From: Oscillospiraceae bacterium
Lineage (GTDB): Bacteria; Bacillota; Clostridia; Oscillospirales; JAVBNY01
Assembly: GCA_031551205.1 (NCBI GenBank)
Contig: JAVBNY010000010.1
Location: forward strand, 6,113 to 70,112
Reading direction: 5' to 3'
DNA: 64,000 bases
Every line of letters begins with the position of its first letter. The first letter of the stretch is position 1. The notes under the pieces are model-generated. The model saw only the letters and a list, made by a program, of their open reading frames with translations, made no database searches and was not told the origin of the DNA. Made by a program: the position numbers and the translations under genes. Of this stretch, positions 51,070 to 60,800 are shown one piece after another.

Positions 51070-52409
51070 ATCAGAAGGTCTCCTCCCGAAGCGGGCAGCA
51101 TCCTCTGCGCCGCCGGCAGGGGCGCCGCGTGAGTGCTGGATTCCAGCAAAAATCCCGCTCCCGGCAGGGCTGGCGGTGCCTCCGCAAACATTGAAAGCTG
51201 CTCCATCTGGCCGCTCTCCGCAAGCACGCCGCGGAGCAGCGGGTTTGAAGGCTCATAGGGCGCGGAAAAGGCCCCCTTCGCCGTCACAAAAAACCGGGCG
51301 CGCTTCATCACGGCGCCGAGCTTTTTCAGATCCGGCAACTCAAGCCGCTTCGACCGCCTCGCCGCCACAATCCGCCTCGCGGACATCACGCCCACGCCCG
51401 GCACGCGCAGCAGCGCGTTGTAATCGGCGGTGTTCACGTCCACCGGGAAAAACTCGGGGTGCCTCAGCGCCCAAGCGCACTTCGGGTCAAGCTCCTGGTC
51501 AAGGCCGGGCGCATCCTCGCTGAGCAGCTCATCCGGGGAAAAGCTGTAAAATCTCATCAGCCAGTCGGCCTGATAGAGTCTATGTTCGCGCAGGAGCGGC
51601 GCGCGTACAGCGGGCAGGGCGGGGTGGGCCGCAACCGGGACAAATGCCGAAAAATACACCCGCCTCATGCTGTACCTTTTATAAAGTCCCTCAGAGAGCT
51701 TCAGGATTGCGAGGTCGGTGTCCGGCGTCGCGCCCACTATCATCTGCGTGGTCTGCCCAGCCGGTGCGAATCGGGGGGCCGAGCGGAATCTCTCGCGCTC
51801 CGCCCCGTTTTGGCGCTGAAGCAGCTTCACATGCTCCATAGGACTCAGGATGCCCTCCGGCGCCTTCTGCGGCGCGAGCAGCCTCAACGACGCGCGGGAT
51901 GGCAGCTCGATATTCACACTGAGCCTGTCGGCCAGAAGGCCGACCTTCTCAATCAACGCCTGGCTCGCCCCGGGAATCAGTTTTACATGGACGTAGCCGC
52001 AGAACTTTAACTCGCCGCGCAAAATCTCCAGCGTACTTATAAAAAGCTCCATGGTCCGGTCCGGCGTCCCGATAACGCCGGAGCTCAGAAAGAGCCCTTC
52101 AATATAGTTGCGCCTGTAGAATTCCACGGCGAGCGTGGCCAGCTCGCGCGGCTCAAACGACGCGCGCGGCGCGTCGGAGGACCGCCTGTTGGGGCAGTAA
52201 GCGCAGTCGTAAACGCAGTCGTTGGAGAGCAGCACTTTCAGAAGCGAGACGCAGCGACCGTCGGCGGACCAGGTGTGGCAGATGCCGGCTGAGAACGCGC
52301 TGCCGATAGACCCCTTTCCGCCGGGTCGCCTCGTGCTCCCCGAAGACGCGCAGGACACGTCGAACTTCGCAGCCCCACCCAAGATTTGCAGTTTTTGATT
52401 CAGTTCCAT
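51066..52409 (-). CDS. Putative DNA modification/repair radical SAM protein (TIGR03916)
   Basis: AKFDVSCASSG, CVYDCAYC, REHRLYQADWL, HhH motif. Confidence 0.9.
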   Translation of the reverse strand: MELNQKLQILGGAAKFDVSCASSGSTRRPGGKGSIGSAFSAGICHTWSADGRCVSLLKVLLSNDCVYDCAYCPNRRSSDAPRASFEPRELATLAVEFYRRNYIEGLFLSSGVIGTPDRTMELFISTLEILRGELKFCGYVHVKLIPGASQALIEKVGLLADRLSVNIELPSRASLRLLAPQKAPEGILSPMEHVKLLQRQNGAERERFRSAPRFAPAGQTTQMIVGATPDTDLAILKLSEGLYKRYSMRRVYFSAFVPVAAHPALPAVRAPLLREHRLYQADWLMRFYSFSPDELLSEDAPGLDQELDPKCAWALRHPEFFPVDVNTADYNALLRVPGVGVMSARRIVAARRSKRLELPDLKKLGAVMKRARFFVTAKGAFSAPYEPSNPLLRGVLAESGQMEQLSMFAEAPPALPGAGFLLESSTHAAPLPAAQRMLPASGGDLLI

Positions 52410-52524
52410 TATCCACGCCTCCGGAATTATGCCGTCCTCACGGCAGCACTTATAAAAAGAAACAAGAAAATTTGGTAAAATCTCAAAAAAAGGCTAAAGG
52501 TCACACGGATTACTCCGATATTAA

Positions 52525-52565
52525 GAGTATAACACGGGAGAACAAGAAAATCAAACGCTAGTTCG
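52525..52565 (-). promoter_or_regulatory. Promoter with a probable LexA (Cheo) box
   Basis: TTGATT-17-TATACT; AAAC-GCTA-GTTC (one mismatch to GAAC-N4-GTTC) abutting the -35. Confidence 0.6.
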
Positions 52566-52644
52566 AAAAAAATTATAAAAATTATTTTGAAAAAAGTGTT
52601 GACAAATGTAGAATACCTGTTATAATGAAAAGCGTGAAGTGAAT

Positions 52645-52735
52645 ACCGTTTCCGAGAAAGGCAAAGCTGCTGAAAGGCAGTGACGCAAAACTAGAGGGCC
52701 TTACCCATATGGGTTGGTAGCCAGTTGCCGAAGAA
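52645..52735 (+). ncRNA. c-di-GMP-I (GEMM) riboswitch
   Basis: GGCAAA..GAAA..GACGCAAAAC..GCCAGTTGCCG; promoter TTGACA..TATAAT at 52599-52626; terminator at ~52750-52782. Confidence 0.88.
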
Positions 52736-52842
52736 GTTTTTGCAGGATGCCTCTTTTTTGGTAATAAAAAAAGAGGTTTTTTCGCGTTCTTTGGCAGATT
52801 GTTGAGGGCTTGCCCCTGAATTATCTGAAAGGAATGAAAGCC

Positions 52843-53751
52843 ATGAAGAGGCTGATCTCCATGGTTGCGCTTATTGCGCTGGTCTTCTCTGTATCCATCC
52901 TGGATTTCACCCAGGTTAGCGCCGCGGGCAGCGAATCTGCAGCGGACGAAGCACAGGTTATTTACAAGGGAACCAAATCGCAGATTGACGCAACAAACAG
53001 CAATGACGCCTATCTCAGCATTAAACTGCTTGAGAAAAGCGCCAAGAAGTACAAGGTCACAATTGAGAAGAGCGGAGTCAAATATACATACGACTTGAGA
53101 AGCGACGGAACCGCCGACATTTACTCCCTGCAAATGGGTAACGGAAAATACACCGTGAAGGTTCTTGAGAACGTTTCCGGCACAAAATACTCCGTCGTTC
53201 AGACTCAGGACATTGAGGTAAAGTACTCAAACCCCAACGCGCCGTTCCTCGCATCAACGCAAAATGTTAGCTTCAACGCGAAATCAAAAGCAGTGGCAAA
53301 AGCGGCCGAGCTTTGCAAATCGGCCAAGACAACGCTTGAGAAGGTCGAGAAGATCTACGGATATGTAGTATCGAACGTCACTTATGACACCGAAAAAGCC
53401 AAAAAGGCCATAGACGGCCAGCTCAGCGGATACATCCCGGATGTGGATGTCATCCTCACCAGCAATAAGGGCATCTGTTTTGATTATTCCTCTCTGATGG
53501 CGGCAATGCTCCGCTCTCAGAATATTCCCACCAAACTCGTGATGGGTTACGTCGCCCCCGACAATGTTTATCATGCCTGGAACGAAGTCTTTATCGACGG
53601 GATGGGCTGGATAAAAATTCAGAGCAGCGTCTACTTTGACGGCAAGAACTGGTCAAGGATGGATTCAACGTTTGCTGCCGGGAACAAAGGGGGTGGGAAG
53701 ACGAAATTCATCGGAGACGGCTCGAACTATTCTAAGAAGTACGAGTACTGA
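52843..53751 (+). CDS. Secreted transglutaminase-like protein
   Basis: Signal peptide; GICFDYS, YHAWNEV and MD catalytic triad. Confidence 0.85.
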   Translation: MKRLISMVALIALVFSVSILDFTQVSAAGSESAADEAQVIYKGTKSQIDATNSNDAYLSIKLLEKSAKKYKVTIEKSGVKYTYDLRSDGTADIYSLQMGNGKYTVKVLENVSGTKYSVVQTQDIEVKYSNPNAPFLASTQNVSFNAKSKAVAKAAELCKSAKTTLEKVEKIYGYVVSNVTYDTEKAKKAIDGQLSGYIPDVDVILTSNKGICFDYSSLMAAMLRSQNIPTKLVMGYVAPDNVYHAWNEVFIDGMGWIKIQSSVYFDGKNWSRMDSTFAAGNKGGGKTKFIGDGSNYSKKYEY

Positions 53752-54225
53752 TTCCAGGTTAATACCCGTTTTGCACTACGGGTCTTAATAATTTAATTTG
53801 CTAACCTCTTTACTGCTTTTTTATCATCTGCTTAGTTCTTTTTCTTTGAGCGTGGCTTGTCCACGCTTACTTTTTTTGTTTTTTTATTGACAGTTGGAAT
53901 TTTACCACATTAAGATTAAAAACACAAGTCTTAAAACGAAGATTTTATGGGTCCATTTTTGTCTATTATTACAATAACCGGCTCAAAAGTTGCATTTTTC
54001 TAACGAAAACTCTTTTCATGCAGGGGCGCTTCAAGTGCGCAGAGTCTTTCCCGCTGGAAGAGGAAGCCATTGATATTTGCGGGATTTATGCTATAATGCT
54101 ACAGTCGTATATGCAGAAATAGTTTCACATTCAGTGTTTTTTCCTATATTGCAACCGGCACGAATCCGCGCGTAATATTGCGCGCGTTTGCATACATTCT
54201 TTACCTCTGGAAGGAGAAGATTTAA

Positions 54226-55101
54226 ATGACAAACATAATAGGCCCCGCTTTCGAGGGATTTATCTCCAGACTTGATCTCTCTGTTATATTTGAAAAAGCT
54301 CTTCACAGTGTTGTTGTGGTTTTGCTCGCCATGATAGTCACAAAGGTAATTCACGTGGTTATAAGGCGGGCGACAAGAAACAATACCCGCGTCGGTACGC
54401 GCGGCATAACGTTTGCAAAGCTTATGAACAGCGTTGTCACATACGCTGTCTGGATTATAGCGCTGCTGGAGCTGGCGAGGGTTATCTTCAACATCAACCC
54501 CACGTCTATCTTTGCGGCCGCGGGCATCGCCGGCGTCGCTCTGGGGTTTGGCGCGCAGAGCCTCGTCAAGGACGTAATTAGCGGTATTTTCATTATGTTT
54601 GAAAATCTCATGTCCGTCGGTGATCTCATTTCTGTCGGCGACACCACGGGAACAGTTATTGAGATTGGCGTGAGGAGCACAAAGCTACGCGACTATACCG
54701 GCGATTTTTTTGTTATACCGAACGGGGACATAACTAAGCTGGTTAATCACTCCAGATTTGACCGCTGCGTTGTGTGCGACGTTCAGATCGACGGGGGAAC
54801 GCCGCTCGAAAGCGCAATCTCAGTCCTTTCAGAGGTATGCGAGGCGGCGCGGACGGATATCGCGGCGCTGCTCCAAAAACCTGAGATACTGGGCGTCACA
54901 AATATTACCGACGGCAGGGCCACGCTGCGCGTAACCTGCATGACCCGCCCGGGCGAACAGTTTGGCGTCGAACGCGAGATGCTGGCCCGAATACGTGAAG
55001 GCTTCCGCGCCTCAGATCTGCCGCTGCCCGCCGACAGGATTGTAGTTATCACCGGCCCGCAGACGCCGCTTCAGGCCGCCTCCATCCCCCCGCTGACCTA
55101 A
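54226..55101 (+). CDS. mscS: Small-conductance mechanosensitive channel
   Basis: GFGAQSLVKDVISG, VGD, GVRST, IPNG. Confidence 0.88.
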   Translation: MTNIIGPAFEGFISRLDLSVIFEKALHSVVVVLLAMIVTKVIHVVIRRATRNNTRVGTRGITFAKLMNSVVTYAVWIIALLELARVIFNINPTSIFAAAGIAGVALGFGAQSLVKDVISGIFIMFENLMSVGDLISVGDTTGTVIEIGVRSTKLRDYTGDFFVIPNGDITKLVNHSRFDRCVVCDVQIDGGTPLESAISVLSEVCEAARTDIAALLQKPEILGVTNITDGRATLRVTCMTRPGEQFGVEREMLARIREGFRASDLPLPADRIVVITGPQTPLQAASIPPLT

Positions 55102-55254
55102 GCTTCCGGCCGCCAAAATGGGCACTTGCGCCCTTGCGAGCGGCCACATGTACGCATTTCAATAATTTGTTGCCGGAAGGAATATATCCATTGACAAGGC
55201 ATGTCCGTGATGCTATAATAAAAAAGCTGTTATTTTAGTGACAGGTGATCCTTT

Positions 55255-55276
55255 GGGGATATAGCTCAGCTGGGAG
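55255..55276 (+). pseudogene. 5' fragment of a tRNA-Ala-like gene
   Basis: GGGGATATAGCTCAGCTGGGAG, then diverges; lies just downstream of a TTGACA..TATAAT promoter. Confidence 0.55.
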
Positions 55277-55332
55277 CCCGAGTTAGCCTATTACGATAAC
55301 ATGAACTGAATATCTGCTCTTTCCTAAAATCT

Positions 55333-55408
<76 letters not shown>

Positions 55409-55474
55409 TATCAAGGGAAAGAGCTTATAGTACCCGATGAAATCACATGATTTTATCGGGTTTTCCATTTGCCC

Positions 55475-56302
55475 TCACGCGCAATAATCAAGCTGAATGT
55501 TAAAGTGCGACAGGTCGATATTGAAGTCAACGTGGATTTGCTAGTCAGTCCCGACCTCCACGCGGTTTATGAGGTTTGCGACTATCATTTTCTTTGCGGA
55601 TAAGTCTGCCGCGCTGTATAGCTATGTCCACGATATGACTTCATCGTACTGCGTCTGCATTTCCTCGGCCCGATATTTGCACTCGTCAAGCTCCTGCTTG
55701 GCCTTGCTTTGGGCCATCTCAAGCTCACTTACTGACTTTTCAGCCTGTTCAATCAGTTTGCTCAACAGCTCCGACGAAAACTTGCTCTCGCCCCGAATCG
55801 CTTTTAAAACCCCGCCCTTTAGCTCTACAAGGTCGGCGGCGGCCTTGGTGTACTCGCGCTGTGCGGTTTTGTATCGACTTTCAAGCTCTTTCCGCATGGC
55901 TGCAAGCCCGGAGTGGATAACCTCATCTTTTGGTATACTTTTCATACTGTCAAATATCTGCCGAATGATACCATCCACTACATCGTCAAGCCGTTTTGAG
56001 GAATAGCCTGTTTGTCCGTGACAATCGGTCTGTTTCCGCGATTTGCCGTAACACATATAACGGAGCTTTTTCAGCTTTTCGCCATTCTCATAGATGTACC
56101 TGCCGTTTGTGGCGACAACAAGCCGTGAGCCGCAGTCAGCGCAATATACCTTGCCATTAAGCAAGCAGCGGCTTTCGGTGTTCATGGGATAGGTGCGCTT
56201 GTCGGCGGCCTCGGTATGGCGCTTTTTCATAATGTCCTGCGCTTTTCTCCACAGGTCGGGAGGGATAGATTTCCGCTCCAAGATTCTGTGCGTTACTAAC
56301 AT
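55475..56302 (-). pseudogene. Large serine recombinase C-terminal relic
   Basis: LLNGKVYCADCG Zn ribbon, coiled coil, two in-frame TAG stops before KKMIVANLINRVEV..DFNID; catalytic domain missing. Confidence 0.8.
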
Positions 56303-56337
56303 TGCCTCTGGACCAAAAACCGGCGGCAGACCAGCGC

Positions 56338-56810
56338 CATGACGACACGCGTTTCGCCATCAAGGGACCGGATTAGAAAAACCAGCCGTTCAAGTTGGGG
56401 TTTCGAGTGCAGAAACTCACACGGCGTAATCACGACCTCATCCAGCGGCCGGAGCGCCGCCACCATGCTCTTACTCTTGGATACGTCAATGCCGATCGCA
56501 TTTACAGTGTATGTTGCTTCGTTGTGCATAGAAAACCTCCCGTTGATTGGATTATGTAATTGTAGACCGACCTTTTCTCGCTGCTTATACAATCTCCCGA
56601 GTAACCCGAACACGCCGGATCGGCGGTACAACCTGCGTAAATCGAACGCCGCGAATGAGAGGGCTGCTGACAGACTCCCGAGCGAACATGACAAAGTCAG
56701 TTCTTGGTGGCGTCGTCAGTCCAATTCTGATTCCATTTTAACAGCTTAAGCATGAGACAGAAAAGGACACGGCTGGTTGCCGTGCCCAAACCCGTAATTA
56801 TATTGTAGGA
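56338..56810 (-). mobile_element. IS110-family remnant (non-coding left end plus transposase N-terminus)
   Basis: ATG 56529 with GGAGG RBS; AIGIDVSKSKS..ETRVVM, truncated at the second catalytic residue. Confidence 0.75.
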
Positions 56811-56913
56811 GGGTGGCGAACCGTCCCAATCCTGCCTTCAACGGAATTTTATATTACCTCCGGACAAGCGTCAAGCCTTAAAAATGTCTATAAAATCTAA
56901 ACCTTCCCGCTAT

Positions 56914-57123
56914 CTAGAAAAGGTGATTTTGCTCATTCAATAACAATTCTCGCAATTTTGCGGCATGTAGCCCTTCATCCTCAGCAAATTCTTGAAAGAT
57001 TGCTTTCGTATTTCCGTCTTCTTCCTTTGAGTAGTTTTCAAAATCACGCACCAATTCCATGGAATTTTGCCATGATCTCATTAGCTTATCCCTTTTTGTT
57101 ATAACTACTTCGTTCTTATTCAT
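56914..57123 (-). CDS. Small ferritin-like protein
   Basis: ELVRDFENY..FAEDEGLHAAKLRELL. Confidence 0.7.
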   Translation of the reverse strand: MNKNEVVITKRDKLMRSWQNSMELVRDFENYSKEEDGNTKAIFQEFAEDEGLHAAKLRELLLNEQNHLF

Positions 57124-57840
57124 TTTAACACCATCCTACATTGCATTTTAGAGTATTATTTCTGGAAACCATATAATTTATTAGTGTAAAAATCTTACTT
57201 TAGTCCTGCTCCAGCCATTCGTTTATGGTGGGATGCACTCCCCAAGAAAAGGGTACTCCCCGGGCTGCATTTTTAGATTAACAAAAAGATATAGTAATAT
57301 TAAATAATTTAAGCAATAAAAATATAGCTAATTTTATATAAATATTATATAAGTTTCTGTTGCGCTTTTAAATTTGAAGGTATAAAATGTAAGTAAAGAA
57401 TGTGTCCTATTTTTGTAGTAATACGCTGAAAAGAAGGGACATTGGGGGAAATTCACCACGGAAAAGCGCATCTTATGCACTCGGCATTTAGGCTCATTTT
57501 CAGCGACGAGTGCCGCACTGAGTTGTCGATTGGAAAGGAGGCGATGCTTTTTTATAGTAGTAATCGGCTATTCGGGCAAAAAAGGGGGAAGGCCTATGGC
57601 AAATTGTGCCCGCGCACTGGCCTTGAGCCGCATCGAATTTCTTTTATTAACGGTTGGAAAATAGATGCGCCATATTTGGTGCAGTGACAGCAAGTGTCCC
57701 CTTAGCGGGGCGCACTGAGCCGAACGCTTATCGAGTCGCTTACAGTTCAGCGACAGGGGGATGGTCGCCTGCAAATGTGTCTGCTACAGATCTGAACGCA
57801 GAGCATTGATAGGTGCCTATAAAGAAAGGAGAAAAAGTAT

Positions 57841-60800
57841 ATGTTAAAAAAGCGCGTATTGGCTTTGACAACTGCCTTTACGATGGTAATAGCGTGTTTC
57901 TCGTTCTCCTCAATCGTGAATGCGCAGGAATCGAAAGAAGCGAAGGCGGAACTTAATGACAGCTATATGGTGACGCTGACCAATGATACCATCAACAATA
58001 TAGATTATAGTTACCTTACATACCCCGGTTTCGACGTGTTTATGTACAATAACGGTTACAACGGCATGTTTGGCGACGAACATCTCAGCGGCATCACCCT
58101 CACGCTTCACGGAAGCCGTGTTGCCGGCAACGGCGATATACACCTGCTTCCGGTGCCGGAGCAATGGGACGCGGCCGTTCCTGCCACGTCAATGCCCATT
58201 GACTCCAGAGTTCCGCGTAACTATGACCGTGTCAATAACATTATCACTCTGCCGATGAAGTACGTATACGACGCCAACTCATCGCCGCAGCTGCAGATGA
58301 ACTATGACCTCGTGGCGACGCCGGAACCAGGCGGAGTGGCGCTCAGCGTGGTTTTGAGGAGTGATCTGCCACGACAGCTGGAAGGTTCGGCAAGCTTTAA
58401 TCTGGAGCTTATCCCGTCTCTATACAAGAACAAGAGTTATCAGACGGACAGCGACGGAGACGGAAAGTATGACGTCTTCGGCGTATTCCCGCTCGCCCCC
58501 GAGGATCCCATGAACGATGAGTGGCCCCGCCCCGAGCTGGTGGGCAACGCATGGTATGTGGATCAATGGAATGAGGAAAAGGGGCCTTGGCAGCCACAGC
58601 CGTTCGTCCAGGGATATGAATACTCTTTTGCCCCGGAGGACAGCCTGCACCACCTCAGCATTACCTCCGATAAACTCATATCCATATACGACGGGCGCAA
58701 CCGCTCTCAAAACGGCTGGTTTACTATGTGCACCAAGATTCCCGCAGGAAGTAAAGCCGGCGAGACCGTTGTAACATGGCATATCAAGGCGCCTGTTAAA
58801 GCCAATTGGGTGAGAGAGCCCAGCATAGCGCACAGCCAGGCGGGCTATGGCACCGGACTCACAAAGATAGCCGTAATGGAGATAGACAAGAACGACACCA
58901 GCGATCCGGGAACAGCCAAGCTGCTGCGCGTGAACGCGGACGGTTCCCATACATCGGTGTTTGAAGCGCCGGTGGGCGAACCCAGGAGATGGACGAGATT
59001 CGACTACAGGGATTTTGACTTCTCTTCCATCAAGACCCCCGGACTTTACGTCATCGAGTATAAGGGAATTAAGACCGATGTATTCCCGATAGCCGACGAC
59101 GTCTATGACAACACCTGGCAGGCCGGCCTGAGCGGATTTTTGGCCACTGCGATGGATCACATGGAGGTGAGGGAAGGCTATCGCATATGGCACGGCGCGG
59201 CGCATATGGACGACGCCCGCATGGGTGAGCCGTTTGCCAATTCCGTAACCTCTACGGCGCCCAGCGGCGCGGAATACATAACCTGGTTCGACGGCCAGGG
59301 CGTAGCGATCACGCTTCCTGACGTAGTCAAAGAGAAGGGATATAAACCGGGAGACCGTATCCCCGGCCTTAATGTGGGAGGATGGTTTGACGCCGGCGAC
59401 TTTGACATCGAAATAGGCAGCAATATGAGCGTGCTCAGAAACCTGATCTATACTGCCGAAGCCTTCGACAACCTCGACGGCTACGACACGCTCTCCGTGG
59501 AATGGAATCCCGATACCGGAGGTACGGCGGAGATGCACCGTCCGGATGGTATTCCGGATATAGTCCAGCAGATAAAGCACGGCGCGATGCAGATACGCGC
59601 GGAGATCGAAAATGTGGGCGTCGTGAACGGAGCGATTGAGGTGCCCACGCTGCGGCAGTACACCCATCTGGGAGACGGAGCCACCGACACGGACGGCTAT
59701 ATATACGATCCCAGTCTCGGCGAGAACGATGTGGTCGAGAGGGACGGGAAGGTTTATTCCGGCAAGAATGACGACCGCATGTACATGATGTGGAGAAGTA
59801 CGGGCGCAAACGGCGTGGTTCCCACGGCGAAGCTCGGCAGCGCAAGCATAGGCATGGCGGGCGCCGCGGCTACGCTTAAGGAATACTATCCTGAGTTTGC
59901 GCAGCAGTGCCTGGAGACCGCCGAAAAGATCTGGGCTGAAGAAGGCCCCGCGGCCATGCAGTCCACCTCTCAGCGCGGCAACGCGTTCAACACGCTGATA
60001 CAGCTGATGTTGGCGACAGAGGGCACCGAAAAATACGATTATTATAAGAATCTGTACAGCAGCCTGCTTTCGCTTGTAGGCGGAGACAACCCGCTTATAT
60101 CCGCGTTCCCAATCAATAATTATTACGCGGCAGCGTTCATCAAGGATAAAATGGGCGCAGATTATAAGAAACAGGTTGAAGACGCGGCGGTAGCCGTGGC
60201 CGGAGCGTTTAATTTTGTGCCTGGCACTCCGTTCGGCTTCGGCGAGAGCCTTACAGCGACATGGGGGCCCGGATCCGGCAAGATAAGCTCCGGTTTCAAC
60301 GCGACCATGCTGCTTAAAACAGTCGGAGATATTCCGGGGCTTGAACCCCTGAAGGAGAATGTAATCCGCGCGATTAACTACACTTTGGGAACGCACCCGT
60401 ATAACGACACCTCGTGGATGACGGGCGTGGGCGCGAATTCTCATAAGCATCCCTACAACAGCAACCGCGCCGAGGAGGGCTTCATCCCCGGCTCGATAGT
60501 CCCGGGATACATCAATTTCAGGCCCGACTTCCCCGAATCGCTTGACAACTTCAGCTTCCTGTGGGCCGAGAACGAATGCACCATAGGCGTTGTGAGCTCA
60601 TGGATAGCGCCCGCTAAGATGGCCGCGGAAATTGCCGCCGAAGGCACGGCCGGGGCACAGCCGGTATCTGTAAAGGATTTCAGCAACGACTTTATTATGC
60701 AGGCCGAGAAAGTGGAAAATCCGCCCAACCCGTTTACAGGACAGCCTGGGCTTCCTTCAGCCAGCCTGAAGGCGCCGGGATTTGACCTGTTCATGTACAA

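Noticed and set aside
58420-60450. 676-aa antisense ORF (and similar ones at 7824-8771, 9365-10300, 20646-21695, 46187-47089)
   Set aside because: Shadow frames opposite well-supported, codon-biased genes; no recognisable motifs.
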